Below are positions 40,126 through 50,838 of a stretch of 64,000 bases of DNA, in pieces (position 1 is the first letter of the stretch; each line of letters begins with the position of its first letter). Origin of the DNA: Flavobacteriales bacterium (GTDB lineage Bacteria > Bacteroidota > Bacteroidia > Flavobacteriales > TMED113); NCBI GenBank assembly GCA_002714185.1, contig PAWM01000020.1, positions 11,666 through 75,665 on the forward strand, given 5' to 3'. The translations under genes were made by a program, and so were the position numbers. Under the pieces are notes generated by a model. That model made no database searches. It saw nothing but the letters and a program-made list of their open reading frames with translations, and had not been told where the DNA came from.

Positions 40126-41175
40126 TTATTTAATAATGATTATTTCTTGATTTTTTTTTAATTTTTTAGAGGGAATTAATTGATTCCATATTAATAAATC
40201 ATCAATTTTCACATCAAATAATCTAGCAATTTCAAATAAATTATCTTTAGGTTTACATATGTATTTTAGTGTATCTATTTTATTAGAAAGAGAGTAGTTG
40301 TTATTTGGAATAGTTAAGGTGTAATTTTTGTTTTTATTATTTGAAATATTATTTTTTAAAATCCAAGGGTTAAATTGTTTAATTATTTTATAATTTACAT
40401 TTAATGATAATGCAAGCTCAGCGATATTATTAATAGTTGTATCTATATTCACTGTTGATAATTCTGGCATCATATAAAAATCATTTTCATTTATTGTGAA
40501 ACCATATTTGGTAAAATTTGTAATAATTTCTTTGATAGCTATAATTCTGAATACATATCTATATGTTTCATTATTTAACATTAGGTCATAATAATTTGAA
40601 ACTTTTTGTAATTCAATGGCTTTTTTCAAGCCATTTATTCCCATATTATATGAAGCAGCAGCTAATGTCCAATTATTGAACTCATTATATGCTTTTCTAA
40701 TGTATTGACATGCTGCATACGTTGATTTTTCTAGATGATACCTTTCATCAATTTCATTATTAATTTCTAACCCGTATTCCAGACCTGTTTTTTTTAAAAA
40801 TTGCCAAATTCCCTTTGCGCCTGCAGGCGAAGTTAAATTTTCTAAACCACTTTCAGCAATTGCTAAGTATTTAAAATCATCTGGTATATTTTGTTCCTTT
40901 AATATTTTTTCGATTATAGGTAAATATTTGAAAGATCTCTTAATTAATAAAATTGTTTTAGATTGCCAGTATGTATTTACCAGAAGTTCTTTATCTAAAC
41001 GCTCTCGAATATCAAATTGATTTAATGGGACATTTTCTCCAGCAAACGATATTTGATGTGGTAGATTAATAGCATAAATATTATAATTCTCATTTATTTC
41101 AAATTGTGCTGAAGATACACCAAAAAATAATAATAAAATTTTAAAAATATGTTTATTGAAAAGTAATTTATGCAT
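40126..41175 (-). CDS. Lytic transglycosylase (SLT domain) with C-terminal LysM, MltD-like
   Basis: 349-aa ORF with a signal peptide. SLT catalytic region: LAIAESGLENLTSPAGAKGIWQF. LysM-like YICKPKDNLFEIARLFDVKIDDLLIWN. Confidence 0.75.
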   Translation of the reverse strand: MHKLLFNKHIFKILLLFFGVSSAQFEINENYNIYAINLPHQISFAGENVPLNQFDIRERLDKELLVNTYWQSKTILLIKRSFKYLPIIEKILKEQNIPDDFKYLAIAESGLENLTSPAGAKGIWQFLKKTGLEYGLEINNEIDERYHLEKSTYAACQYIRKAYNEFNNWTLAAASYNMGINGLKKAIELQKVSNYYDLMLNNETYRYVFRIIAIKEIITNFTKYGFTINENDFYMMPELSTVNIDTTINNIAELALSLNVNYKIIKQFNPWILKNNISNNKNKNYTLTIPNNNYSLSNKIDTLKYICKPKDNLFEIARLFDVKIDDLLIWNQLIPSKKLKKNQEIIIIK

Positions 41176-41722
41176 TTATTGAATTTGATTTTATATATTG
41201 ATTAAGTGTTATTCCATTTTTATCCTTTTCAGATAATATAGGTTTATTAATTCCCCATTTAATATTAATATCTGTATCATTCCATTTTAGTGTATATTCA
41301 TATTCTGGCGAATATTTTCCAAAACATTTATAGTAAAATATTGTATTTTCTTGAAGGGACAAAAATCCATGTGCAAAACCATTTGGAATGAGGAGCCCAA
41401 GATGATTACTTCCTGATAATTCTAATGAAAAATATTGACCAAAAGTTTTAGAATTTCTTCTTAAGTCAACTACAACATCTAAAACTTTACCAGATAATAC
41501 ACTAACATATTTTATTTGACCATAAGGATGTTTTTGAAAATGTAGTCCTCTTATGACATTAATTTTTGATACTGATAAATTATCTTGAGAAAACGCAATA
41601 TTTATTTTATTTTCTTGTTCTTTATCTTTATTCCATAATTCTTTAAACCACCCTCTATTATCTGAGTGAAAATTATTTTCGATGATAAATAAGTCATTGA
41701 TTTTTGTTTTTATTTTTTTCAT
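41168..41722 (-). CDS. rfbC: dTDP-4-dehydrorhamnose 3,5-epimerase
   Basis: 184-aa ORF. DNRGWFKE and RGLHFQKHPYGQIKYVSVLSGKVLDVVVDLR. Confidence 0.88.
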   Translation of the reverse strand: MKKIKTKINDLFIIENNFHSDNRGWFKELWNKDKEQENKINIAFSQDNLSVSKINVIRGLHFQKHPYGQIKYVSVLSGKVLDVVVDLRRNSKTFGQYFSLELSGSNHLGLLIPNGFAHGFLSLQENTIFYYKCFGKYSPEYEYTLKWNDTDINIKWGINKPILSEKDKNGITLNQYIKSNSINA

Positions 41723-42159
41723 TTTTTTAAATTAATATACATTGTTTGATGAAGACCAATATTTTTAATATTATATAATCCTGGAGTACTTATCATATTT
41801 AATTTTTTATAAAAATCAATTGCTTTTATTCTAGCATCACACCATAAAATATTAATTTTTTTTTCTTTGAGGATTGCAATTCCTGTTAATAATAATTTTC
41901 TTCCTGCACCATGAATTTGATATTTTTTATCAGTCGCCATTGCTCTTAGCCTGTATTGTGAATTTGAGTTAAATTTTGAATTATTTTCCTTAACAAATGT
42001 TCCTATACTAATTATTTTCTTATTTATGTATGTTCCTAAGTGAAATGTACTTACATCTTTATCTACTTTTAAGGAGTAGTTGTCATTTTTTATATGAGGC
42101 CATAGTACTTTTTTTCTTATGTCATATGTTAATTTACTATCTATTATTTTTACATTCAA
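41719..42159 (-). CDS. GNAT-family N-acetyltransferase
   Basis: 146-aa ORF. LRAMATDKKYQIHGAGRKLL acetyl-CoA binding pattern. Confidence 0.65.
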   Translation of the reverse strand: MNVKIIDSKLTYDIRKKVLWPHIKNDNYSLKVDKDVSTFHLGTYINKKIISIGTFVKENNSKFNSNSQYRLRAMATDKKYQIHGAGRKLLLTGIAILKEKKINILWCDARIKAIDFYKKLNMISTPGLYNIKNIGLHQTMYINLKK

Positions 42160-42170
42160 AATGATGAAGT

Positions 42171-43256
42171 TTATTGTTTTGAATTTTTTTCAATATATAT
42201 GCTTGTTGATGGAAAAGCAAAACTACAATTGTGTTTTTCAATAATGTCCATAATTTTAAAATTAATATCTTCCTTAGTGTTTATGAAATCATCCCAGTTA
42301 GATGAGTTGACAAAGAATACAATCATAATATCTAGTGAGCTATCATTAAAATTCATAAATCTTACTCTACCATCATCATTAGTCATAGGATGTTCATTAA
42401 TCATATTTTGTATGTCCTTAACAATATTTTTAATTTGATCTTTTGTTGTATCATATGTTAAGCCTAGATTAAACTTAGCTCTTCTTACTGGCCGCATACC
42501 TAAATTGTCTAATTCGGCATCCACCATTTTTTTGTTTGGTACGGTGACTAGGCTTTTATCAAATGTTCTTAGTCTTGTACTCCTAAATCCAACTTTTTCA
42601 ACAACACCAGTAATTGTTCCTACTGTAACAATGTCACCAACTATAAAGGGACGATCAAGAAAAATAGTAAATGAACCAAGTAAATTCTCTAAACTTTCTT
42701 TTGATGCCATTGCAATTGCAATTCCTCCAACTCCTAATCCAGCTGCTAGTGCTGTCACATTAACATTGAAAATATTACCTATAATAACTAATACACCAAT
42801 AATAATAGTAATAATTTTTATTGAATCAATAGCAAAAGGTATTAGTTGGTCATCTAATTTTGACTTTGTTTGGCTAGCTTTATTTTTTAATATTTCTCCT
42901 AAAAGATCTGTTGATTTTAAAAATAATTGAATAATAAATAATGCTATTATTAATGCATATCCTCTATTCATTATCATCTTAACACCAAATTCATTTGCAT
43001 CAACCAAGTTCCACTGATTTGGGTATTCTAACTGATTGAATGCAATGTACAGAAAAACCATAAATATGATGTTATTTATAGGTTTATTAAGATATGTATT
43101 TAAATTATTGTTTTGTTTATTGAAAATTTTTGTAATTCCAATAATAATACGTTTTGAGATAAATTTTCTTATTAAAAATGACAGGAGGATTATGGATATA
43201 AATGTAATCCATTCTGAACCTGAATTATCTAAAAATTGAAAGTTAGTTATATTCAT
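42171..43256 (-). CDS. Mechanosensitive ion channel (MscS family)
   Basis: 361-aa ORF. TM helices, then the MscS beta domain: FIVGDIVTVGTITGVVEKVGFRSTRLRTFDKSLVTVPNKKM. Confidence 0.8.
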   Translation of the reverse strand: MNITNFQFLDNSGSEWITFISIILLSFLIRKFISKRIIIGITKIFNKQNNNLNTYLNKPINNIIFMVFLYIAFNQLEYPNQWNLVDANEFGVKMIMNRGYALIIALFIIQLFLKSTDLLGEILKNKASQTKSKLDDQLIPFAIDSIKIITIIIGVLVIIGNIFNVNVTALAAGLGVGGIAIAMASKESLENLLGSFTIFLDRPFIVGDIVTVGTITGVVEKVGFRSTRLRTFDKSLVTVPNKKMVDAELDNLGMRPVRRAKFNLGLTYDTTKDQIKNIVKDIQNMINEHPMTNDDGRVRFMNFNDSSLDIMIVFFVNSSNWDDFINTKEDINFKIMDIIEKHNCSFAFPSTSIYIEKNSKQ

Positions 43257-43257
43257 A

Positions 43258-43986
43258 TTAGTTCTTTTTTTTAAATACTAAAATAAGCCTTTCAGAAATT
43301 ATAGAATTAAATTCACTTAACATATAATCTCCAAAAGTATAAATTAGCTCCATATTTGTTTGATTTGCATAATTAATAAAATCTTGCTTATTAATCAATC
43401 TCACTTTTTCGGTAAAAATATATTGATTTTTTTTATCTGCAATAGAAATATGTTTATAAACAAAATTCTTGTCGTATGTCTTGTTAATTTTGAAACGAAT
43501 TCCATTAATTATTTTTATTTCACTTAGTGGTAGTGGTTTTATAACTTTATCGGAATTGAAGAAATCAATAATAAAATATCCATTTTTTTTCAGGGAAGTC
43601 TCTACATTATTGAATACTTTTAAATTATCGTTATCATCATCAAAGTACCCAAAGCTTGTGAAAAGATTTAAAACTACATCATATTTATTATTATAGTTCA
43701 TACTTCTCATGTCTTGAATATTAAATTTCAATGTATCATTAGTGTGTTTTAATGCACTAGCAATACTTTTTTTTGATAAATCAATACCATCAACATTATA
43801 TCCTTGCTTATTTAGATGTACTGAATGTCGTCCATTTCCACACCCTAAATCTAAAAAAAATGTGCTTTTATTAAAATTAAACTTATTAATAATATGGTCA
43901 ATTAACAAAGAAGCTTCATCATCATCTCTATCCTTGTATAGGATATGGTAATATTTTGAATCAAACCAGTTATGAAACCAACTCAT
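43258..43986 (-). CDS. Class I SAM-dependent methyltransferase
   Basis: 242-aa ORF. Motif I FLDLGCGNGRHS and the post-I acidic residue (GIDLS). Confidence 0.75.
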   Translation of the reverse strand: MSWFHNWFDSKYYHILYKDRDDDEASLLIDHIINKFNFNKSTFFLDLGCGNGRHSVHLNKQGYNVDGIDLSKKSIASALKHTNDTLKFNIQDMRSMNYNNKYDVVLNLFTSFGYFDDDNDNLKVFNNVETSLKKNGYFIIDFFNSDKVIKPLPLSEIKIINGIRFKINKTYDKNFVYKHISIADKKNQYIFTEKVRLINKQDFINYANQTNMELIYTFGDYMLSEFNSIISERLILVFKKKN

Positions 43987-43996
43987 AAATTAATTT

Positions 43997-44698
43997 TTAT
44001 TTTTTTCTCCATGTCATTCCAGCGGACGGAGAATATGAAGATATCCATCCAAGTTGTTTTAAATGTTGATGATATTTTGTCAGTGATTCAACATCATTAC
44101 TTAATTTTAATTCAATCTTTTTATCATAATAGTCAGGGAAGGTTTTTTGTTTATTTAATCTCCTTATCCAATTTCTTGCTGCACTTTTCCAGCACTTCAT
44201 AGGAGCTTTGCCTACTTTCCAGCCTTTTGACTCATAGTAATCATACATTATATGACTTTCATTATTGTTCCCGATTTCTATAAAATATTCCTTAAGTTCT
44301 TTTACTGTTGGTTTTTTAAATCTTCTCTGTTTAATTATGGATTTCTTTTTACTTTTTTTAGTATCAATTTCAAAGGATTGTAAGTCTGTAAGTATGGTTG
44401 ATATGATATTTTGTTTATAAATTTTCACATCTATGGTGTCATTATTTTTCACAATTACATCAATAAATTTTTTTTTATATAGACTATTTAAACCATTTTT
44501 TATTTTAAAAATCGATAATGTTGTATTATTAGATACTTCAATTAGTTTAATAGTACAATATTCTTCTTTTTCATTTAATTGGTTAATATTAATTAACTCA
44601 GCAAGTATTAATGTGGAATTTATTCCAATTTTTTTTACTAAATGCTTATTTAAGAAAAAGTATTCGGAACCAGAAAGTAGTAAATTAAATATATTCAT
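43997..44698 (-). CDS. Hypothetical protein; wHTH-like N-terminus and a Trp/Lys-rich C-terminal module resembling phage/plasmid replication-organiser accessory domains
   Basis: 233-aa ORF. N-terminus YFFLNKHLVKKIGINSTLILAELI. C-terminus KPTVKELKEYFIEIG...YDYYESKGWKVGKAPMKCWKSAARNWIRR. Family assignment is by resemblance only. Confidence 0.4.
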   Translation of the reverse strand: MNIFNLLLSGSEYFFLNKHLVKKIGINSTLILAELININQLNEKEEYCTIKLIEVSNNTTLSIFKIKNGLNSLYKKKFIDVIVKNNDTIDVKIYKQNIISTILTDLQSFEIDTKKSKKKSIIKQRRFKKPTVKELKEYFIEIGNNNESHIMYDYYESKGWKVGKAPMKCWKSAARNWIRRLNKQKTFPDYYDKKIELKLSNDVESLTKYHQHLKQLGWISSYSPSAGMTWRKK

Positions 44699-44739
44699 AA
44701 CTTAATCTAAGTTATTAATACCTTTAAAGATTTCCAAAG

Positions 44740-45423
44740 TTATTTTAAATTGACACATGATTTCCATATGTTATCATCCGTTGGGGGGTTAGCTGTAATT
44801 ATAATTTTTGATTTTTTAATGGGGTGAATAAATTCAATAATTCTAGAATGTAAATTGATACTACCATCATTATTTGTTCTGGAAAATCCGTATTTAATAT
44901 CACCCTTTATTGGCGACCCAATTGTTGAAAGTTGTGCTCTGATTTGATGATGTCTTCCAGTCATAAGGTTAATTTCATACAGATAATAATTATTTAATTT
45001 TTTAACTAATTGAAATCTTAATTTTGCCATTAGATATCCTTTTTTTTCTTCATTTATTGCGAAAGATTTATTTAGTTTTCTATTTTTTTTTAAATAATGG
45101 ATTAATACATCATTTTTAACAGATATTTTATTTTTTACTATTGCCCAGTATTTTTTTACTATTTTTTTTTCTCTAAAAATCTTAGTCATTTTAGATAATG
45201 ATTTGCTGGTTTTTGATAAAATTACAATTCCACTTGTTGGTCGGTCAATTCTATGAGGTAACCCTAAATATACATTACCTGGTTTGTTGTATTTTTTTTT
45301 GATGTAACTTTTTACAATATCAATTAGAGTTTTATCGCCAGACTTATCTCCCTGAACAGGAATTCCATTAGGTTTATTTACTATGATTAAATGATTATCT
45401 TCATAAAGAATCCAGCTTGTCAT
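44740..45423 (-). CDS. RluA-family pseudouridine synthase
   Basis: 227-aa ORF. Catalytic motif HRIDRPTSGIVIL; GRHHQIRAQL. Confidence 0.85.
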   Translation of the reverse strand: MTSWILYEDNHLIIVNKPNGIPVQGDKSGDKTLIDIVKSYIKKKYNKPGNVYLGLPHRIDRPTSGIVILSKTSKSLSKMTKIFREKKIVKKYWAIVKNKISVKNDVLIHYLKKNRKLNKSFAINEEKKGYLMAKLRFQLVKKLNNYYLYEINLMTGRHHQIRAQLSTIGSPIKGDIKYGFSRTNNDGSINLHSRIIEFIHPIKKSKIIITANPPTDDNIWKSCVNLK

Positions 45424-45426
45424 TAT

Positions 45427-46245
45427 TTAATTATATTCTTCATCCTTGTTTGGAAATTGCATTTTTTTTACATCATTAATATAGTTTGATACAGCATTAT
45501 GAACAATATTAGATAGATCACTGTATCTTCTTAAAAATCTAGGATTAAAATCACTATTAATACCAAGCATATCATGCATAACTAAAACTTGACCATCTAC
45601 ATTTAAACCTGCACCAATACCAATTATTGGAATATCAACTGAATCTGTTATTTCTTTTGCTAGTTTTGCTGGAATTTTTTCTAATACAATTGCAAAACAG
45701 CCTGCATTTTTTAATTTTATTACATCTTCTTTTAATTTTTTAATTTCTTGTACTTCCTTAGCACGAACAGTATAAGTTCCAAATTTATATATAGACTGAG
45801 GAGTTAATCCTAAATGACCCATTACTGGTACTCCAGAATCAATAATTCTTTTTACAGATTCTTCTACTTCAGATCCACCTTCTAATTTTACTGCATGTGC
45901 TCCTGATTCTTTCATAATTCTCACCGATGATTCTAGTGCTTTTTTTGAATTCCCTTGATATGAGCCAAATGGTAAATCCACTACAACTAAGCATCTTTTA
46001 CTTCCTCTAACAACTGATTTAGCATGATATATCATTTCATCTAGAGTGATTGGTAAAGTTGTTTCATGACCTGCCATTACATTTGATGCTGAATCTCCAA
46101 CTAATAGAATATCAATATTAGATGAATCTAGTAGTTTTGCAAAAGAATAGTCATATGCTGTGAGCATAGCAATTTTCTCCCCATTTCTTTTCATTTCTTC
46201 CAGTGTATGGGTAGTAATTCGAGTATATTTTTGATTATTATTCAT
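45427..46245 (-). CDS. panB: 3-methyl-2-oxobutanoate hydroxymethyltransferase
   Basis: 272-aa [42 protein letters not shown]. Confidence 0.92.
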   Translation of the reverse strand: MNNNQKYTRITTHTLEEMKRNGEKIAMLTAYDYSFAKLLDSSNIDILLVGDSASNVMAGHETTLPITLDEMIYHAKSVVRGSKRCLVVVDLPFGSYQGNSKKALESSVRIMKESGAHAVKLEGGSEVEESVKRIIDSGVPVMGHLGLTPQSIYKFGTYTVRAKEVQEIKKLKEDVIKLKNAGCFAIVLEKIPAKLAKEITDSVDIPIIGIGAGLNVDGQVLVMHDMLGINSDFNPRFLRRYSDLSNIVHNAVSNYINDVKKMQFPNKDEEYN

Positions 46246-47341
46246 TAAGTGTATCTTTTTGTTCCATCATAGAGTCAATTACTCTTAGATATTCTAATTT
46301 AAATTCTTCTTGTCTATTAATTAAAAATTTAATTGAATCATTTAGTATTGTATTTATATTTTTTAATTTTTTATTTTTTTCCATTTGATTTTTTAAATCT
46401 TTAGTTAGAGTATACATAAAATTACCATTCTCATTAATAATATCCTCAAATGGTTCATATCTTTTATTTTGACTTCTTAATGAATCAATTAATTTATTAT
46501 TAGATTTCAATTGAATTTCTAATAATTCAATTACAGATTCTAATTCTTTAACAGCATCTAATTTTTCTTGATTTAATAATTTTTGAATTTCTTTTTTTTC
46601 TTCCAACAAAATTTTAGCATCCTCTTCAGAGAGATTTAATACTTTATTTATTCCATTATAATTTTCAAGAGCTGAAATATAAAAATAATCAATCATAACT
46701 TGTGTATTTTCACCTATATAAAATCCAAATTTTCCAGGATTTAATATACTGTCTATTTTATTAAAGTTTTCTCTATATTCAAATTGTCCATTAATATAAA
46801 ATTCATATTTATTATTTTTTGTTCTTATTAATATTTCATTTCTATCATTCCTATTTAAATTTTCTGAGAATATCCAGTCATTTGTTAAATGGTGTAGTTT
46901 TTCATTTTTTAAATGACTTAGTCGATATTGCTTGACTCCATTAGTTTCAAAAATTAATGCTTCTTGATTATCTGGATTATATTTGAGTATGATTCCTATT
47001 GTTTGACCAGTTTCCCCTTGTATTTTTTGTAAAACAAAACTGTTTTCTTCATTTTTTAACCTATATGATAGTTTTAACTCAAAGTACATTAAATCATTTT
47101 CCCAACCAATAATGAGTGGATATGGTGAATTATTACTACCTAAACCATAATATCCAAGAGAATCAATTATAATAGCATATTTTCCATCTAATGCTGTTAT
47201 TGTTGGGAAAATAGATTTTTGATTATTAAAATCTTCAGTGATGATTCTTTCTAAGAAGATTTCATTAATTTTATTTTCTTGTGATAAAACTATGCAAGAA
47301 TAAATTAAAAAGTAAAAGATAATTAGTGGTCGATACATCAA
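46238..47341 (-). CDS. Secreted hypothetical protein: N-terminal beta-rich (jelly-roll-like) domain plus long C-terminal coiled coil
   Basis: 367-aa ORF with a signal peptide. The C-terminal ~130 aa is heptad-like and K/E/L/N-rich. 8-nt overlap with panB. Confidence 0.5.
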   Translation of the reverse strand: MMYRPLIIFYFLIYSCIVLSQENKINEIFLERIITEDFNNQKSIFPTITALDGKYAIIIDSLGYYGLGSNNSPYPLIIGWENDLMYFELKLSYRLKNEENSFVLQKIQGETGQTIGIILKYNPDNQEALIFETNGVKQYRLSHLKNEKLHHLTNDWIFSENLNRNDRNEILIRTKNNKYEFYINGQFEYRENFNKIDSILNPGKFGFYIGENTQVMIDYFYISALENYNGINKVLNLSEEDAKILLEEKKEIQKLLNQEKLDAVKELESVIELLEIQLKSNNKLIDSLRSQNKRYEPFEDIINENGNFMYTLTKDLKNQMEKNKKLKNINTILNDSIKFLINRQEEFKLEYLRVIDSMMEQKDTLNE

Positions 47342-47390
47342 ACTATTTTTTTTTATTACTCCAAATCTACAAAAATTATATATTTGCTTT

Positions 47391-48743
47391 ATGAAAAATT
47401 ATTTATCAATCTTTTTTATTATTCTATTTTTTTCCTGTGAAAATGATATTGAAATAAATGATACATGGAAAGATATCCCTGTAATATATGCTATTTTAAA
47501 TTCTGGTACACAAGAGGATGCTGATGGTTATGGTTTTGAAGACCCTAATCCATTTACTGAGTTTGATTTTGATGGAGATACAGATTCTGATTTAAATAAT
47601 CTTCACTTTGTTCGTGTTCAGAAAAGTTTTCTAGGGGAAGAGTCAGCTTATAATTATATGAATATTTCAGATTCAATTTATTATGATAATAATAATCTGT
47701 CTGTATGGGCTGAAGTTATTGATCCTAATTATTTAGGTAGTGTAAATCCTGCCCAAATTTCACTAATTCATGTAGGTGAAAATGAATTAGAGCAATTAGG
47801 TATAGATAAATTAGATGGTAATTTTTCTATTGATAATCATTATTTATATCGTTTTCCAAACATAAATGATATTAATTTTAATAATCCGGATCCTAATGTC
47901 ACCGATATTTCCGATTTATGTCAAGGAGGAGATTGCAATCATTTATATAAAATATGTGTTTTAAATAATTTAACTGGTGATACTGCTTATGCTATAACAA
48001 ATATTGTGCAACCTTTAGAAATGTTTAAGCCCCATGCACATGGTCCAACATCTATTTTAAAATTGGGATTAGAAAGTACTCCGTTTCAAATTGATATACA
48101 ACCGTCAATAAATGCAAAGATGTATTCAGTTTCTTTAAGATTTAATTATTTAGAACAGTCTAGAGATTCTTATCTTTTTGATGTTGAAAACGGAAATGCT
48201 TTACCAACTACTGGGGTGGTTGCAAAATATGTTGACTGGACATTTAGCGAAGTGGTAATTACAGATCAAAATCAATTAAATGGCTCAGGTAATAGAATTA
48301 AAAAATCTTTTTACGGTGCGGAATTTTTCACATATCTAAAAAGTACTATTTCGGAACAAGATGCATCACAGCCTGAATTTTATAGATACCCTATTAATAC
48401 TTTTTATCAAAATTTTGAAAATAGTCAAGCTGTTGCAGGTATTTATCACAGGTGTATTGATTTAAATATTACAGCTGTTAATACTGAGTTGTACACATAT
48501 CTTAATGCTAATGCACCAAATTATGGATTGAATCAAGAGAGACCTGAATATAATAATGTAGAAAATGGAATCGGACATGTTTCTTCTAGAAGTGTATTAA
48601 ATATGAATAATCTTCGAATTGATAAACAAGCTAGTGACTCCTTATCTTTTGGTCAAATTACTAAAAATCTTAATTTTGCATGTTTCAGTAACTTAGGAAC
48701 AGGTTATTTAGATATAAATTTTGGCTATTATTGTGACAATTAA
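47391..48743 (+). CDS. Hypothetical lipoprotein (possibly DUF4249-like)
   Basis: 450-aa ORF. Lipobox ILFFSC. WKDIPVIYAILN near the N-terminus and VENGIGHVSSRS near the C-terminus loosely resemble DUF4249 as I recall it. Confidence 0.45.
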   Translation: MKNYLSIFFIILFFSCENDIEINDTWKDIPVIYAILNSGTQEDADGYGFEDPNPFTEFDFDGDTDSDLNNLHFVRVQKSFLGEESAYNYMNISDSIYYDNNNLSVWAEVIDPNYLGSVNPAQISLIHVGENELEQLGIDKLDGNFSIDNHYLYRFPNINDINFNNPDPNVTDISDLCQGGDCNHLYKICVLNNLTGDTAYAITNIVQPLEMFKPHAHGPTSILKLGLESTPFQIDIQPSINAKMYSVSLRFNYLEQSRDSYLFDVENGNALPTTGVVAKYVDWTFSEVVITDQNQLNGSGNRIKKSFYGAEFFTYLKSTISEQDASQPEFYRYPINTFYQNFENSQAVAGIYHRCIDLNITAVNTELYTYLNANAPNYGLNQERPEYNNVENGIGHVSSRSVLNMNNLRIDKQASDSLSFGQITKNLNFACFSNLGTGYLDINFGYYCDN

Positions 48744-48766
48744 AAGTGTCATTTTGTCACTTTTTT
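48733..48766 (+). terminator. Candidate intrinsic terminator overlapping the stop codon of the upstream lipoprotein gene
   Basis: GTGACAA (48733-48739) pairs with TTGTCAC (48754-48760), giving a 14-nt loop, followed by T6 (48761-48766). Confidence 0.4.
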
Positions 48767-48772
48767 ATTAAT

Positions 48773-48804
48773 TTGTCATATAAATATATTTAAATTTATG
48801 ACAA
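48773..48804. promoter_or_regulatory. Perfect 8-bp inverted repeat TTGTCATA-N16-TATGACAA upstream of dnaK (candidate operator)
   Basis: Read directly: TTGTCATA at 48773-48780, TATGACAA at 48797-48804, with a 16-nt all-A/T spacer. It ends 71 nt before the dnaK ATG. Confidence 0.35.
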
Positions 48805-48875
48805 TTTGAATAATTATTCTATTTGGTATAATCTTTGAGATAATACAAATTAATAATAATAAAAATATAATCATT

Positions 48876-50783
48876 ATGAGTAAAATAATAGGTATTGATT
48901 TAGGAACAACAAACTCATGTGTTTCAGTAATGGAAGGAAATGAGCCTGTTGTCATTCAAAATAGTGAAGGTAAAAGAACAACACCCTCTGTAGTTGCTTT
49001 TGTAGAAGGAGGTGAAAGAAAAGTTGGAGATCCTGCTAAAAGACAGGCAATTACAAATCCTGAAAAGACAATTTATTCTGTAAAAAGATTTATGGGTGAA
49101 AAGTACGACAATGTTAAGTCAGAATTTGGGTCTATTCCATACAAGGTGGTTAAGGGAGATAATAATACAGCTAGAATAAAAATTGATAAAAGAGATTATA
49201 CTCCACAAGAAATTTCTGCTATTATACTTCAAAAAATGAAGAAAACTGCTGAAGATTACTTAGGTTCTCAAGTAAGCGAAGCAGTTATTACTGTTCCTGC
49301 ATATTTTAATGATTCTCAACGACAAGCTACTAAAGAAGCAGGGGAGATAGCAGGATTAAAAGTAAGAAGAATTATTAATGAACCAACTGCTGCAGCTTTA
49401 GCATATGGTTTGGATAAAAAAACATCTGATTTAAAAATTGCTGTTTTTGATTTAGGTGGTGGTACATTTGATATATCAGTTCTTGAATTAGGTGATGGTG
49501 TTTTTGAAGTTAAATCTACTAATGGAGACACACATTTAGGAGGCGATGATTTTGATTTAGCAATAATTAACTGGTTAGCTGAAGAATTTAAAACACAAGA
49601 GCAAATTGATTTAAGAGAAGATCCAATGGCTCTTCAACGATTAAAAGAAGCTGCAGAAAAAGCTAAGATAGAGCTTTCATCTAGTTCTCAAACAGAAATT
49701 AATTTACCTTATGTAACAGCTACATCCTCTGGCCCTAAACATTTAGTTAAGACTCTAACTAGAGCACATTTTGAAAAAATATCTGATTCATTAATTCAAA
49801 GATCATTAGAGCCATGTAAAAAAGCTGTTAAGGATGCAGGTTTAAGTCCTAATGAGATTGATGAAATTATTTTAGTAGGTGGTTCAACTAGAATTCCTGC
49901 TATACAAAAAATAGTAAAAGATTTTTTTGGTAAAGAACCATCTAAAGGAGTAAATCCAGATGAGGTTGTTGCTGTCGGTGCAGCTATTCAAGGTGGAGTT
50001 TTAGCGGGAGATGTTAAAGATGTTTTATTATTAGATGTTACACCATTGTCTTTAGGTATTGAAACTCTTGGTGGAGTGTTTACTAAGCTTATTGAAGCAA
50101 ACACTACTATTCCTACTAAAAAATCTGAAGTTTTTTCAACAGCTGCTGATAACCAACCAGCAGTTGATATTCATGTTTTACAAGGAGAAAGGTCAATGGC
50201 TAAAGATAATAAAACTATGGGCCGTTTTCAATTGTCAGATATTCCGCCTGCTCCAAGAGGAGTGCCTCAGATTGAAGTTGCTTTTGATATTGATGCAAAT
50301 GGTATGATAAATGTGTCTGCAAAAGATAAAGCAACAAATAAAGAGCAAAAGATTGTTATTGAGGCTTCCTCAGGTTTAAGTGATGATGAAATAGAAAAAA
50401 TGAAAAAAGAAGCAGAAGCTAATGCTGAGAGTGACAAGAAAATGAAAGATGAAGTTGATAAATTTAACACTGCAGATACATTAATTTTTACCACAGAGAA
50501 GCAATTAAAAGAACATGGAGATAAGTTGCCCTCTGAAAAAAAGAAAGCAATTGAAGAGGATTTATCTAATTTGAAAAAAGCTTATGCTGATAAAAATTTA
50601 GAATCTATTGATGCAGCAGTTGAAAAATTAAATCAATCTTGGCAAAATGCATCTGAGGAAATGTATAAAGCAACTCAAAATAAACAGCCTAATGCAGATG
50701 CTGCAACTAATCAAAAAACTTCTAACGAATCTGGTGATGATGTTACGGATGTAGACTTTGAAGAAGTAAAAGAAGATAAGTAA
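48876..50783 (+). CDS. dnaK: Molecular chaperone DnaK (Hsp70)
   Basis: 635-aa [33 protein letters not shown]. Confidence 0.98.
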   Translation: MSKIIGIDLGTTNSCVSVMEGNEPVVIQNSEGKRTTPSVVAFVEGGERKVGDPAKRQAITNPEKTIYSVKRFMGEKYDNVKSEFGSIPYKVVKGDNNTARIKIDKRDYTPQEISAIILQKMKKTAEDYLGSQVSEAVITVPAYFNDSQRQATKEAGEIAGLKVRRIINEPTAAALAYGLDKKTSDLKIAVFDLGGGTFDISVLELGDGVFEVKSTNGDTHLGGDDFDLAIINWLAEEFKTQEQIDLREDPMALQRLKEAAEKAKIELSSSSQTEINLPYVTATSSGPKHLVKTLTRAHFEKISDSLIQRSLEPCKKAVKDAGLSPNEIDEIILVGGSTRIPAIQKIVKDFFGKEPSKGVNPDEVVAVGAAIQGGVLAGDVKDVLLLDVTPLSLGIETLGGVFTKLIEANTTIPTKKSEVFSTAADNQPAVDIHVLQGERSMAKDNKTMGRFQLSDIPPAPRGVPQIEVAFDIDANGMINVSAKDKATNKEQKIVIEASSGLSDDEIEKMKKEAEANAESDKKMKDEVDKFNTADTLIFTTEKQLKEHGDKLPSEKKKAIEEDLSNLKKAYADKNLESIDAAVEKLNQSWQNASEEMYKATQNKQPNADAATNQKTSNESGDDVTDVDFEEVKEDK

Positions 50784-50807
50784 GGTATGTATATTTAACT
50801 TTTCATT

Positions 50808-50838
50808 AAAAAAGGCTCCATTTGGAGCCTTTTTTTTT
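50808..50838. terminator. Bidirectional intrinsic terminator between convergent dnaK and dnaA
   Basis: A6 (50808-50813), stem GGCTCC (50814-50819), loop ATTT, stem GGAGCC (50824-50829), T9 (50830-50838). The T-run overlaps the dnaA stop codon. Confidence 0.8.

Noticed and set aside
42505-42930. 141-aa plus-strand ORF, unusually long for an AT-rich genome, antisense to the MscS channel gene
   Set aside because: It exactly overlies the most conserved part of mscS, whose own frame has strong family motifs. The antisense product is Pro/Thr/Ser/Ile-rich with no motif. Long shadow ORFs opposite conserved genes are expected. The other antisense ORFs in mscS (42199-42438, 43036-43239) fall under the same reasoning.
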